Source: Candidatus Saccharimonadota bacterium (GTDB taxonomy: Bacteria > Pseudomonadota > Alphaproteobacteria > Rickettsiales > Anaplasmataceae). Taken from it: DNA of 32,000 nucleotides. The position numbers were made by a program, and so were the translations under genes. The DNA is taken from the NCBI RefSeq assembly GCF_013365495.1, contig NZ_CP046580.1, positions 480,001-512,000 on the forward strand, given 5' to 3'. Below the pieces are notes generated by a model, which searched no databases, was not told the origin of the DNA, and saw only the letters and a list, made by a program, of their open reading frames with translations. This document shows positions 1 through 10,565 of this stretch, one piece after another (position 1 is the first letter of the stretch; the number at the start of each line of letters is the position of its first letter).

Positions 1-2
1 CC

Positions 3-893
3 TTGCCAGTATGTAGGCCAAGCAATAATAAATTTAAATTTTTTCTTTTGTTAATATATAGCTTCATATTAGCTTTATATCGAATAAGGAAGTTAAAGCC
101 AAAGTTAGTTATTGGTTTTGGTAGTTATGCTACTTTTCCAACTCTTCTTGCAGCAAAGGTTTTCTCTATACCTATAATTTTACATGAGCAAAATATCCTT
201 TTAGGAAGAGTGAATAGATTTTTTCTCAGTAGTGCAAAGTTAATTGCAACCAGCTTTTCAGAAACTAAATATGTGGAGAGAAATAAATGCATTTTTACAG
301 GAAATTTTGTTTATATAAAACCTAAAAGTTATTCTTATCCTTCCTCAAAAGGAAGCTTGAACATATTAATAATAGCAGCTAGTCAAGGTTCAAGTTTTTT
401 TGACTATGTAATAAGTGACGTAGTTTGTAGTTTACCTATTGAAATAAAAAGTAAACTTAAAATAATGCAGCAGTGTACTAAAAAAAATATAAATAAGGTT
501 CAAAGCTTATATAAAAATGAAAAGTTCAATAGCGAATTGAGTGAATTTTTTAAAAATATAGAAAGTAGACTAGCAAGTGCTCACTTAATAATTAGTAGAG
601 CAGGAGCTACTTCAATATCAGAAATTACTCTTGCTCAACGTCCTGCTATATATATTCCTTATCCTCACTCAAAAGATGATCATCAATTTTACAATGCAAA
701 ATATATTGAAGGTTTGGGAGCAGCCGTAGTAGTTCAACAAGATAGCGAAACCAAAAAAAAATTAAGAGACTTACTGATTGATTTATTAGGAAACTTTCAA
801 AAGTTACATAACATGGCTAATAATACTAGGAAAATAAAAGTAAAAAATGGAGTTAATAAATTTATTAAGGCAATAATTCATAAATTTTGTTGA
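3..893 (+). CDS. murG: UDP-N-acetylglucosamine--N-acetylmuramyl-(pentapeptide) pyrophosphoryl-undecaprenol GlcNAc transferase (MurG), 5'-truncated by window edge
   Basis: The ORF runs in from the window start. The C-terminal glycosyltransferase-28 region resembles MurG (ISRAGATSISEI...IYIPYPHSKDDHQFYNAKYIE, compare E. coli RSGALTVSE...HKDRQQYWNA). The N-terminal part resembles the MurG N-domain (GFGSYATFPTLLAA). Confidence 0.85.
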   Translation: MPVCRPSNNKFKFFLLLIYSFILALYRIRKLKPKLVIGFGSYATFPTLLAAKVFSIPIILHEQNILLGRVNRFFLSSAKLIATSFSETKYVERNKCIFTGNFVYIKPKSYSYPSSKGSLNILIIAASQGSSFFDYVISDVVCSLPIEIKSKLKIMQQCTKKNINKVQSLYKNEKFNSELSEFFKNIESRLASAHLIISRAGATSISEITLAQRPAIYIPYPHSKDDHQFYNAKYIEGLGAAVVVQQDSETKKKLRDLLIDLLGNFQKLHNMANNTRKIKVKNGVNKFIKAIIHKFC

Positions 894-1819
894 CTGGTAT
901 GGTGCCTGTTTGCTTTTTCTTCAAATACATCCCATAGTTTTTTTTCTAATGCTATATCATATAGTTTATTAATATAAACTACGCCTGTAGGCGAAGTTGT
1001 GTTAATTTCAAGGAGGAAATCATCTATAATATCAATACCGACAAATATTAACCCTCTTTTCTTTAGTTCAGGACCAATTTTATTACAGATTTCATTATCT
1101 CTATCACTCATTTCAACAGGTACAAAACTTGCCCCAAGCCGTAAGTTTGTTCTAATTTCTTCACTAGATTTTGGAACTCTTTTCATCACTCCAATGGGTT
1201 GACCATCGAGTAACAATATTCTTTTATCTGTATTTATATTTTTACAAAACGCTTGAGCGACTACAGGACATTCATATTTTGAAATCATGAGTTCCATTAC
1301 TACCTGAATATTGCTTTCGTCATTTATTCTTATTACGTCATTTCCACCATAGTTATATAATGGTTTTAAAATAATATTTTTGTTATGATTATGATAAAAA
1401 TTTCTAATCATCGATATATTTTCAGTGATTAAAGTCGGTAAAGTTAGTTCTGGAAATAATGAAGTAATTAATTTTTCAGGATGATTTCTTATTTCTGTTG
1501 GGTTATTTATTACTAAAGCATTAGTCTTTTCCAAAATATAGGTAGTTGTAATATAACGCATATCAAAAGGTGGATCCTGTCTAATAAATATAATCTCTAT
1601 TTCATTCAAATTGATTATTACCTCTTTTTTAGAGGTGAAATGGTAATCATTAGTGCTAACTTTTTGGGCAAAAGCAACTGGCTGATTTAGCTTTAGTGCT
1701 AAATTACTAGGAACATAGATAGAAATTTCGTGTTTTCTTCTCTGTGCTTCTTTTATCAATGCAAATGTAGTATCAGTTTCAAAATTTATGTTTTCATTTA
1801 TTTGAAAAGCGATTCTCAT
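878..1819 (-). CDS. gshB: glutathione synthetase (ATP-grasp, prokaryotic GshB type)
   Basis: 313 aa. The N-terminus MRIAFQINENINFETDTTFALIKEAQRRKHE and the ATP-grasp C-terminal region (GLIFVGIDIIDDFLLEINTTSPTG) are typical of GshB. Confidence 0.85.
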   Translation of the reverse strand: MRIAFQINENINFETDTTFALIKEAQRRKHEISIYVPSNLALKLNQPVAFAQKVSTNDYHFTSKKEVIINLNEIEIIFIRQDPPFDMRYITTTYILEKTNALVINNPTEIRNHPEKLITSLFPELTLPTLITENISMIRNFYHNHNKNIILKPLYNYGGNDVIRINDESNIQVVMELMISKYECPVVAQAFCKNINTDKRILLLDGQPIGVMKRVPKSSEEIRTNLRLGASFVPVEMSDRDNEICNKIGPELKKRGLIFVGIDIIDDFLLEINTTSPTGVVYINKLYDIALEKKLWDVFEEKANRHHTSQQNL

Positions 1820-1866
1820 GATATTTTATTCTCAAAAAAATTTATCACTTAAAAACTTAGCCCATA

Positions 1867-2463
1867 TTAACGTCTTAACTTACTATGCCTATAACGTACA
1901 TAACTTATAACTTGCTTTACTCCCTTAACCTTTCTTGCAATTGCTATTGCTGCTTTTAGTTCTGACTTATTTTGAGCTATACCCATCAAATAAACAACTC
2001 CATCAACCGTGTTAATGCTATAATTAATCGATTTGATATTCTTTTTTCTTAAAAATCTTGTCCTTATTTCTGCTGTTATCATACTATCTATAATAGTATC
2101 AAGTATAGAGGTTGTTTGGATTGGTGTAACTCTTATTTCGTTTATCACTTCCTTAACTTCTTTTCCTTGCCAAGCTATCTTCTCTGCTATGAGTTGTTTT
2201 TCTGGTGAATCAACATTTCCGATCAATAACACTCTTCCTTCACTTACTTTTACCTTTACAAATGAAAATAGCCCATGTTTTAAGAGACCCTTATTGATTC
2301 TGATTATCAAACTTGTGTCGTCGACAATATTTCCTAATGATTTATCTTGCATTGCTACTGCCGTTGCTGTTGTAGCTACTACACTACTTATTATAAAAGT
2401 TGTACATCCACTCTGGGTAATTAAAAAAATTGCAAGTAAGAAGTTTACTATTAGTTTCATCAT
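1867..2463 (-). CDS. BON-domain lipoprotein (OsmY/DolP-like)
   Basis: 198 aa. It has a signal peptide with a lipobox-like LITQSGC, followed by two BON-like repeats (VKVSEGRVLLIGNV..., INTVDGVVYLMGIAQNKSE...KGVKQV). Confidence 0.7.
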   Translation of the reverse strand: MMKLIVNFLLAIFLITQSGCTTFIISSVVATTATAVAMQDKSLGNIVDDTSLIIRINKGLLKHGLFSFVKVKVSEGRVLLIGNVDSPEKQLIAEKIAWQGKEVKEVINEIRVTPIQTTSILDTIIDSMITAEIRTRFLRKKNIKSINYSINTVDGVVYLMGIAQNKSELKAAIAIARKVKGVKQVISYVRYRHSKLRR

Positions 2464-2754
2464 TGATTTTAAGGTTTAGAATTTTTGTAGAAATATATTA
2501 ATAAGCTTTTTAAATTATGTAAATACTCATATTAAGTTAAGGTTTTAGATCTTGAATATTTTGATGTAACAGTTTACAATTTTATTGTAGATGATTTAGA
2601 TTTACTTAAGTCAACTCTATTATGAATTGACTGTATTATTTAAGCGTTATCTTAAACTTGTGTTAGGCCATACTAATTTTAAAGTTGGAGTTTTATCAGA
2701 AAAGTAGAGCAAAAATATTTTTTTATTACTGCTACAAACTACTGAAAAATTCTT

Positions 2755-2839
2755 GTGGGTATGACGGAATTGGTAGACGTACTAGAGTTAGGTTCTAGTG
2801 AACTTCTTGTTCGTGAGGGTTCGAGTCCCTCTATCCGCA
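2755..2839 (+). tRNA. tRNA-Leu (anticodon TAG), type II with long variable arm, no encoded CCA
   Basis: Hand-folded cloverleaf. Acceptor gtgggta/tatccgc (two G-U pairs), D arm acg-gaattggtaga-cgt, anticodon stem ctaga/tctag with loop gtTAGgt. Variable arm gaac-ttct-tgttc, T arm gaggg-ttcgagt-ccctc, discriminator A. Confidence 0.95.
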
Positions 2840-2990
2840 CTTATATGACTTGGAGTTTAAAAGAATATTTTTAATCATAAAATATACTTTAATATTTATG
2901 TAAAAAACCTATTCTTAAGGATTGTATTTAACTTAAATTCTGGTAAAATAACTTTGTTAAAAAGTGATAAAATACTTACAAATAAATTAA

Positions 2991-4346
2991 ATGCCTAGCG
3001 ATATATCTCAAAGTACAGTTAAAATAAATGCACTCAGTAATATATATACCTATAGAAAATTAGTTATAGGTAAACCTAAACATGAGTATGAAATTACAGT
3101 AAGTAGCGATTATATAAAACAGAAAATGGGTTCTAGATTACAAGAAATAGCAAAAAATGCGAAATTGCCTGGATTTCGCTCCGGGAAAATGCCTTACGAT
3201 CTTGTTGTTACAAACTATAAAAGTGAAGCTTTAAAGTATGTAGTAAACAATGCGATTGACTATTGTTCTAGTGACTTGATGGAAAAAATTGGTATTAAAT
3301 CTCATATTTATCCTAAGGTTAATATTATATCATTACCAAATCCAGACAAAAAAGATGAAAAAGGTAATTTTATATATAGATTATCTTTTGAATCGATGTC
3401 AGAGATACCAGCAATAGACCTTGATAAAATAAATTTAAAAAAAATTGAGGCGAAAATTGAAGAGGAAGATATAAAAGAATTTATTGATTCTATCAAGATA
3501 AAATTTCCTGATTTCATTTCTATCAATAATATTTCTTATCAAGCACAAAATGGTGATAAATTAGTCATTGACTTTAAAGGGAGAATTAGGAATAAGCTTT
3601 TTCGGGGAGGAAGTAATAAAAATTTTAAGGTAATTTTAGGCTCAGGAACATTTATTAATGGTTTTGAAGATAAATTAATTGGTATGAAAAAAGGAGAAAC
3701 AAAAAATTTTAAGTTAAAATTTCCTGAAAGTTACCAAGTAATTTCCCTTGCAGGACAGGAAGCTGATTTTTTTGTTTTAGTTAATGATATTCAAGTTATT
3801 CAAAGGTTTGGAAATGATGATGAAGTTGCTAAAAAAATGGGGTTTGAAAATTATTCACTGCTAAAGGATTATGCTAAAAAAACAATTAGTGATCATTGTA
3901 AAAAAATGGAGGAATTTTTAATTAAAAAGGAGTTATTTGATTATTTAGATGCTAATTATAGTTTTGGTTTACCTATGGATATAGTAAAACAAGAACAACA
4001 AAAGATAAAAGGGGAATTATTAAATCCTAAAGATGATTCTTGCAAAGAGGCTAAAAGACGTGTAAAGCTTGCAGTATTGTTTATGAAGTTTAGTACAGAA
4101 CATAAAATTTCTTTAACTCAAAATGATATTTTGAGTGTTGTTATGAAGCGCTATACTAATAAAGATATGCCATTCGATAAAGTAGTAAAGTATTTAAACT
4201 CAAACAAGCAATTTCATGGGTTAGTTGAAGGGCAAGCTCTTGAGGATAAAGTTACAGACTATATAATGGAAAAGGTTAATAAAAGAGAGCAGATTGTTTC
4301 TGTAAGAGAGTTAAAAAAATTATTTAATAATATTAATAATATTTAA
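2991..4346 (+). CDS. tig: trigger factor
   Basis: 451 aa. It carries the ribosome-binding signature GFRSGKMP near the N-terminus and a central FKBP-type PPIase-like region ([12 protein letters not shown]...FRGGS...). It sits directly upstream of clpP-clpX-lon. Confidence 0.9.
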   Translation: MPSDISQSTVKINALSNIYTYRKLVIGKPKHEYEITVSSDYIKQKMGSRLQEIAKNAKLPGFRSGKMPYDLVVTNYKSEALKYVVNNAIDYCSSDLMEKIGIKSHIYPKVNIISLPNPDKKDEKGNFIYRLSFESMSEIPAIDLDKINLKKIEAKIEEEDIKEFIDSIKIKFPDFISINNISYQAQNGDKLVIDFKGRIRNKLFRGGSNKNFKVILGSGTFINGFEDKLIGMKKGETKNFKLKFPESYQVISLAGQEADFFVLVNDIQVIQRFGNDDEVAKKMGFENYSLLKDYAKKTISDHCKKMEEFLIKKELFDYLDANYSFGLPMDIVKQEQQKIKGELLNPKDDSCKEAKRRVKLAVLFMKFSTEHKISLTQNDILSVVMKRYTNKDMPFDKVVKYLNSNKQFHGLVEGQALEDKVTDYIMEKVNKREQIVSVRELKKLFNNINNI

Positions 4347-4355
4347 TAAAAGGGT

Positions 4356-4955
4356 ATGACTCTTATACCAATTGTAATTGAGCAAACTAGTCGTGGTGAA
4401 CGTGCTTATGATATATACTCAAGGCTGGTGAAAGAAAGAATAATTTTTGTAACTGGTCCTATTGAAGATAGTATGGCTAGCGTAATAGTGGCACAGCTTT
4501 TGTTTCTGGAGTCAGAAAATCCTGATAAGGATATTTATATGTATATTAACTCACCAGGTGGTATCGTAACTGCCGGCTTGTCAATTTATGATACAATGCA
4601 GTATATAAAACCAGATGTTTCAACTTTGTGCATAGGTCAAGCTGCATCTATGGGTTCTCTATTACTTGCAGCTGGCACGAAAGGTAAACGTTATTCTTTG
4701 CCTCATTCAAGAATTATGATACATCAGCCATCAGGAGGTTATCAGGGTCAAGCAACAGATATAGAGATATATGCCAATGAAATCTTACGAGTTAAAAAAA
4801 AGCTCAATCAGATCTATGAAAAACATACTGGAAATTCATTAAAAAAAATTGAAGAAATGATGGAAAGAGATAAATTTATGGACTCTGAAGAAGCTAAAAA
4901 AATTGGTTTGGTTGATAGAGTAATGGCTGAACGTGAAGATATGAAAATTAAGTAA
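4356..4955 (+). CDS. clpP: ATP-dependent Clp protease proteolytic subunit
   Basis: 199 aa. Canonical ClpP sequence: [19 protein letters not shown], catalytic Ser in GQAASMGS, His in IMIHQPSGG. Confidence 0.97.
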   Translation: MTLIPIVIEQTSRGERAYDIYSRLVKERIIFVTGPIEDSMASVIVAQLLFLESENPDKDIYMYINSPGGIVTAGLSIYDTMQYIKPDVSTLCIGQAASMGSLLLAAGTKGKRYSLPHSRIMIHQPSGGYQGQATDIEIYANEILRVKKKLNQIYEKHTGNSLKKIEEMMERDKFMDSEEAKKIGLVDRVMAEREDMKIK

Positions 4956-4966
4956 AGGGTAAATTA

Positions 4967-6244
4967 ATGGATAATAATGATGATTTACACCGTTGTTCTT
5001 TTTGTAATAAAGCTCAAAATGAGGTAGATAAATTAATAACTAATTCTTCGGATGGCTTTAAAGTGTTTATTTGTAATGAATGCATAGAATTATCTCATAA
5101 AGCAATAAATCAAAAGAAAGGTGGACCTTTTAATTCAGATTATATATCTGATGTAAAGTTATTATTAAAGAAACCTGAGGACATAAAAAATTTTCTTAGT
5201 AAACATGTTGTTGGTCAAGAACATGCACAACACGTTTTGTCTGTGGCTATGTATAACCATTGTCAATCTATGGCACAAATTCACTCTATAAGTGACGTTG
5301 AGATTGAAAAGTCAAATGTAATGCTTATTGGTCCCACTGGTTCTGGTAAAACTTTATTAGCTAAAACGCTTGCCAAAGTCTCAGATGTGCCATTTGCTAT
5401 GGCTGATGCAACAACTCTCACGGAAGCAGGCTATGTAGGTGATGATGTAGAAAGTGTATTATCGCGTCTATTACAAGCTGCAAATTATGATGTTACAAAA
5501 GCACAGCGTGGTATAGTATTCATAGATGAAATAGATAAAATTACAAGAAAGTCTGAAAGTACTTCAATAACGCGTGATGTTTCAGGTGAAGGAGTCCAGC
5601 AAGCTCTACTTAAAATTATGGAAGGTACAGTTGCTTATGTTCCGCCGCATGGTGGACGTAAACATCCACAACAGGAACTTATTCAAGTGGATACTAATAA
5701 TATATTATTTATCTGTGGAGGGGCTTTTGAAGGTTTAGATAAGATCATTGAAGCGAGAAAAAGAGGAACATCAGTTGGTTTTGGAGCAGATATTAGTCAG
5801 TCTAGGGAACAGAAAAAAAAGAATATTTTGCATGATGTTCAACCTGAGGATTTAATTAAATTTGGTTTAATACCAGAATTTGTAGGGCGAGTTCAAATAA
5901 CTGCTGTTTTAGATGAATTAAACCATGAAGATTTAGTGCATGTATTAATAGAGCCAAGAAACGCACTGATAAAACAATATAAGGCATTACTTGCATTTAG
6001 TAAAGTAAATCTTAAGTTTACAGATGAAGCAATATCAGCTATTGCTGAAAAGGCTATGAGTTACAAAACGGGTGCAAGAATGTTACGTGCTATTTTAGAA
6101 TCACTTTTACTTGATGTTATGTATACAGCTGGAAATGGAGGTTTTGAAGGCAGTACAATAGTAATTACTAAAGAAATGGTAGAGCTAGGAAAAGCAGTGA
6201 TTAATCGTAGTAATAAAGGTACTGTTATAACAGTTAATGATTGA
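4967..6244 (+). CDS. clpX: ATP-dependent Clp protease ATP-binding subunit ClpX
   Basis: 425 aa. N-terminal zinc-binding CSFCNK...CNEC, Walker A GPTGSGKT, Walker [10 protein letters not shown]. Confidence 0.97.
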   Translation: MDNNDDLHRCSFCNKAQNEVDKLITNSSDGFKVFICNECIELSHKAINQKKGGPFNSDYISDVKLLLKKPEDIKNFLSKHVVGQEHAQHVLSVAMYNHCQSMAQIHSISDVEIEKSNVMLIGPTGSGKTLLAKTLAKVSDVPFAMADATTLTEAGYVGDDVESVLSRLLQAANYDVTKAQRGIVFIDEIDKITRKSESTSITRDVSGEGVQQALLKIMEGTVAYVPPHGGRKHPQQELIQVDTNNILFICGGAFEGLDKIIEARKRGTSVGFGADISQSREQKKKNILHDVQPEDLIKFGLIPEFVGRVQITAVLDELNHEDLVHVLIEPRNALIKQYKALLAFSKVNLKFTDEAISAIAEKAMSYKTGARMLRAILESLLLDVMYTAGNGGFEGSTIVITKEMVELGKAVINRSNKGTVITVND

Positions 6245-6259
6245 TATGGGTCTCATGTT

Positions 6260-8710
6260 ATGAGTGTTGAATGTACTATAGATTCTAGTTTTGCTACGTT
6301 ACCAGTATTGCCTTTAAGGGATGTAGTAATTTTTCCAAGTATGGTAGTTCCTTTATTTATAGGTAGGGAAAGGTCTATTCATGCATTAGAGTATGCGATT
6401 GATAGCAGCAGTCACCAAAATGAGATTTTTCTTGTAACACAACGAGATGGTTCTATTGATAACCCGGAGCCAGAAGACCTTTATGAGGTAGGTGTATTAG
6501 CAAATATTGTACAATCATTAATAAAATTGCCTGATAATGCAGTAAAAGTTGTAGTCCAAGGAATAAATAGAGGAAGAGTTTTAGAATATATTAACTCTCA
6601 TACTTTATTACAAGCTAAAGTAGAGTTGGGTAGTTATCATGAACATGAAGAAAATGAAGATAATATTGATCTAGAGGCTTTGAGAAGATCTGTTATAAGT
6701 GCATTTGACAGCTGGTGCAAACTAAACAAGAAGAATCATCCTGAAATTATTGTGAATCCCGTTGAGCAGATTAAAAAGCTTGATCAGCTTGTAGATACAA
6801 TAGTTTCGTGCTTAGGTGTAAAAGCATCAGACAAACAAAGTATACTTGAAACTTATGCTCCAATAGAACGTTTAAGAAAAACTTTTGCTTTTATTGAAAG
6901 AGAAATAAGTATTTTAGATGCACAAAACCGTTTATGTAAAACAATTAAATCTCAAGTTGAGAGTACTCAAAAAGCTTATTATCTTAATGAACAATTAAAA
7001 GCTATACAGAAAGAATTAGGTGAATTTGAGAATGGAGAAGAAGGAAGTGCAGTAAATGAATTTGAGAAGAAGATAAACGAAACAAAGCTTTCCCAAGAAG
7101 CAAAAGAAAAAGCTGTGGCTGAATTAAAAAGATATAGAAAAATGAATCCAGTTTCTCCTGAAGCTACAGTTATATCTAATTATTTGTATTGGTTACTTGA
7201 TCTGCCATGGGGAAAGTATAAAGATACAAAAATTAACTTAAATACAGCAAAGAAAATCTTGGATAAAAACCATTATGGTATAGAGAAAGTAAAAGATCGA
7301 ATAATAGAATTTATGGCAGTATTAAAAAGAGTAAAAAAGATAAAAGGTCCTATACTTTGCCTAGTTGGTCCTCCTGGTGTTGGTAAAACCTCTTTAGCTC
7401 ACTCTATAGCAAAAGCAGTAGGAAGGGATTTTGTTCGTATATCTCTTGGTGGTGTACGCGATGAATCTGAGATACGTGGTCATAGAAAAACTTATATTGG
7501 TTCAATGCCTGGTAAAATTATTCAACATATGAAAAAAGCTAATTCGTGCAATCCGCTCTTTTTACTTGATGAGATAGATAAAATGGGTTCTGATTTACGT
7601 GATAATCCTGCATCTGCATTACTTGAAGTTTTAGATACAGAACACAATAAGCACTTTACAGATCATTATTTAGAAGTTGAGTTTGATCTTTCAAGTGTAA
7701 TGTTTGTAGCTACAGCAAACAGCTTAAATTTGCCACATCCTTTACGTGATAGGATGGAAATTATACAATTGTCTGGTTATACTGAAGATGAAAAGATCAA
7801 TATCGCTAGATATTATTTGATTCCTAAATTAAAAAAAGAGCATGGTTTGCGTCAAAAGGAATGGAGTATAACTGATGATGCATTGTGCGGGTTAATACGT
7901 TTATATACACGTGAAAGCGGTGTACGTAATATGGAGAGAGAGCTTGCAAAGCTTATGAGAAAAGCAGTTAAAAAGATACTGACTGATAAAAGCAAAAAGA
8001 TATCCGTGGAAATGAATAGTTTACAAGATTATTTAGGAATACGTAAATATACTTTTGGTACTATGGAAAATGAAAATTTAGTAGGAGTAGTAACTGGACT
8101 TGCTTATACTGAAACAGGTGGTGATATTTTAATGATAGAGTCAGTTTTAATTCCTGGTAAGGGAGAAATAAAATATACTGGAAAACTTGGAGAAATAATG
8201 CAAGAATCTATAAAAGCTGCATATAGTTATATTCGATCAAATTGCTTGTTTTTTGGTATAGAGCCTGAAAAATTTCAAAGTAATAGTATACATTTACATA
8301 TACCTGAAGGTGCCGTACCAAAGGATGGACCTTCTGCTGGTAGTGCAGTCTGTACATCTATTGTTTCTCTTATGACGAATATACCAGTTGATAAAAGTAT
8401 TGCTATGACAGGTGAAGTTACATTACGTGGTAAAGTTTTAGCTATTGGAGGCTTGAGAGAAAAATTACTTGCAGCACTCAGAGGGGAAATTAAGACTGTG
8501 ATTATACCTTGTGAAAATGAAAAGGATATGCAAGAAATTCCAGCAAAGATTAAGGAAAAGATTAATATAGTTCTTGTTAAAAATATTGATGAGGTAATAA
8601 AAGTTGCTTTAATACAACCCATTATTTCAATTGAAGGAGGTAGTATGAATAACACACCATCTTCTTCTACAAAAAATAAAGACGATAATTTTTTCGAGTT
8701 AAAACACTAA
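6260..8710 (+). CDS. lon: Lon protease (LonA)
   Basis: 816 aa. N-terminal LON substrate-binding domain (LPVLPLRDVVIFP), Walker A GPPGVGKTS, catalytic Ser in PKDGPSAGSA, Lys in AIGGLREKLLAA. Confidence 0.97.
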   Translation: MSVECTIDSSFATLPVLPLRDVVIFPSMVVPLFIGRERSIHALEYAIDSSSHQNEIFLVTQRDGSIDNPEPEDLYEVGVLANIVQSLIKLPDNAVKVVVQGINRGRVLEYINSHTLLQAKVELGSYHEHEENEDNIDLEALRRSVISAFDSWCKLNKKNHPEIIVNPVEQIKKLDQLVDTIVSCLGVKASDKQSILETYAPIERLRKTFAFIEREISILDAQNRLCKTIKSQVESTQKAYYLNEQLKAIQKELGEFENGEEGSAVNEFEKKINETKLSQEAKEKAVAELKRYRKMNPVSPEATVISNYLYWLLDLPWGKYKDTKINLNTAKKILDKNHYGIEKVKDRIIEFMAVLKRVKKIKGPILCLVGPPGVGKTSLAHSIAKAVGRDFVRISLGGVRDESEIRGHRKTYIGSMPGKIIQHMKKANSCNPLFLLDEIDKMGSDLRDNPASALLEVLDTEHNKHFTDHYLEVEFDLSSVMFVATANSLNLPHPLRDRMEIIQLSGYTEDEKINIARYYLIPKLKKEHGLRQKEWSITDDALCGLIRLYTRESGVRNMERELAKLMRKAVKKILTDKSKKISVEMNSLQDYLGIRKYTFGTMENENLVGVVTGLAYTETGGDILMIESVLIPGKGEIKYTGKLGEIMQESIKAAYSYIRSNCLFFGIEPEKFQSNSIHLHIPEGAVPKDGPSAGSAVCTSIVSLMTNIPVDKSIAMTGEVTLRGKVLAIGGLREKLLAALRGEIKTVIIPCENEKDMQEIPAKIKEKINIVLVKNIDEVIKVALIQPIISIEGGSMNNTPSSSTKNKDDNFFELKH

Positions 8711-9607
8711 AGATTAGGCCTCTTTTCACAGTATTTTTATTGTGATAAGTTGAACATTAGGTAAACAGAAGCAAAGTTGCTCTTCACTAAGTTACCAATT
8801 TTATTATCATAAAAACCATCTATTCTTTTATAATTATATAAGAATTGATAAATATACTGAAAGAGCTTAAACATGTTAAAAATAGAAAATGATATGAACA
8901 ATATAATGTTTTGTATTCACCATTATAAGCTTTATAAAATGGTTATAGAAGCATAATTGATATTAAAGAAATTTTTTTAATGTGAATAGAAGTTGTATAT
9001 TTTTTTATGAATTGCCATAGCAAAATTTATTCTAATATATCATATATTTTTTATAATATTTTGTATCTCTTATTGTTATACACTTACTTAATTAACTAGC
9101 AGTAAAGTTTAAAAGAATAAAAAAACATGCTACACTCTCAACATTGATTAAGATTTATACTAGTGTTATTTTTTATGCTAACATTATATTATGTCAAGTT
9201 TCTTTAAATTAAAGACAGAAAGTGATTATTTAATTTTAATTTAAAAATTAAGTAAAATTGTGATAATTATATATCTTATTTCATAAGTGCTTTTAATATT
9301 TAAATAATATCATCTTAGAAATGTTGAGCTTTAATTTTAGGTTAATTTATAACGCTATTTATTAGAACTATTGATAACATCTTTATATATATAATCTACT
9401 TTTATTATAGTAACGCTAGTAAGTGAGCTCCTATTCTTCTTCTATAGAAAAAATTCTAAATTTTTTTTGATGTTTTTTCTAATGCATCTGGCGAATTTTT
9501 TTTATATAACTAGTTTTTGATAATTAAAGAATAAATTATAATATATCATAATGTATTAAAAAATATGGATGAATAAATTTTATACAAGCTTGTGACAGGT
9601 GTATAAT

Positions 9608-10261
9608 ATGTTTAATGTACAGTTAAATTTATTTAAAGATAATCAAACTGATTATAGTTGGCAAAATTTTATTATCTTAGATGAAAATAAACATGTATAT
9701 AATTTGGTAATTGATGACCTATCTTGGAAATCTTTAATCCTTTTTGGTCCTAAAGGCTCAGGTAAAACTCACCTTGCTCATATCTGGCGATTAGTAAACA
9801 ATGCAATCTTTATTAATGTAAATGATTTTATAAGTGAGATGAGATATAGCAATGCTTTTATTTTAGAAGACATACAAAATATTCAAGACCAAGTAATGTT
9901 ATTGCACTGTTATAATTATATGAAAGAAAATAATAAAAGGCTACTTATTACTTCTTCAGCTTTACCAAAAAAGCTTAATTTGAAGTTAAAAGATTTGAGT
10001 TCTCGTATATTATCAACTGTCACTGTGAAGATTCCACCTGCAAGTGGAGAATTGCTAAGAATTATGTTGATAAAAAGATTTTCAGACAAACAATTGAAGG
10101 TTAATCTAAGGATAGTTGACTATATTTTAGCAAGAGTAGAGCGTTCTTTTTATAGTGTGAATAAAATTATAGAGAAAATAGATAATGAGTCTATGGGATC
10201 AAATATTACTATTCCTTTTATTAATACTTTATTAAAAAAGAGTAACTTTTGTATATATTGA
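9608..10261 (+). CDS. hda: Hda-like DnaA-family regulatory protein
   Basis: The ORF opens at GTG 9599. ATG 9608 is preferred because an AGGTG sits about 6 nt upstream. P-loop GPKGSGKTHLAHIW. N-terminal QLNLF matches the beta-clamp-binding pentapeptide (QL[SD]LF) typical of Hda/HdaA. The size of about 217-220 aa fits Hda rather than DnaA. Confidence 0.7.
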   Translation: MFNVQLNLFKDNQTDYSWQNFIILDENKHVYNLVIDDLSWKSLILFGPKGSGKTHLAHIWRLVNNAIFINVNDFISEMRYSNAFILEDIQNIQDQVMLLHCYNYMKENNKRLLITSSALPKKLNLKLKDLSSRILSTVTVKIPPASGELLRIMLIKRFSDKQLKVNLRIVDYILARVERSFYSVNKIIEKIDNESMGSNITIPFINTLLKKSNFCIY

Positions 10262-10396
10262 GAATTTATTGATATTGATACTTATGAGCTATTGTCTGAT
10301 TATATGATGTTATATAAAGACTATATATAATATAGGTATATATATTTAGAATATGATAATGATATATTATAAGTACTTTCTATAAATCTTGATATT

Positions 10397-10565
10397 ATGA
10401 TCAATATGGTAGAGGTAAGACAAAATCAAAAAAAAAACTAGATGGAAGTTTATTATACTTATAGTTTTGATAAGTGCTTTATTTATTTTTTATTTTTCAG
10501 TAAGAGATATTCCTAATCAGACTATAGTCAAAGAAATAAACATAGAAAATAGTGATACAGAATAA
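10397..10565 (+). pseudogene. small single-pass membrane protein ORF interrupted by a frameshift in an A10 run (speculative)
   Basis: ATG 10397 reads MINMVEVRQNQKKN then stops at 10439. The adjacent frame continues from the A-run (10428-10437) as TRWKFIILIVLISALFIFYFSVRDIPNQTIVKEINIENSDTE and stops at 10563-10565. A run of 9 As would give one 55-aa ORF. There is no clear SD. Confidence 0.2.

Noticed and set aside
9230-9244. TTAA-N7-TTAA (CtrA-box-like) in the lon/hda spacer.
   Set aside because: At this base composition, roughly ten such matches are expected by chance in 32 kb. There is no flanking conservation evidence, and it does not match the extended TTAACCAT half-site.
9602-9607. Perfect TATAAT hexamer with an upstream TTGTGA.
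   Set aside because: The -35-like hexamer is only 6 nt away, so the spacing is wrong. The TATAAT also lies between the two candidate hda start codons, so it is more likely coding or RBS-spacer sequence than a promoter.
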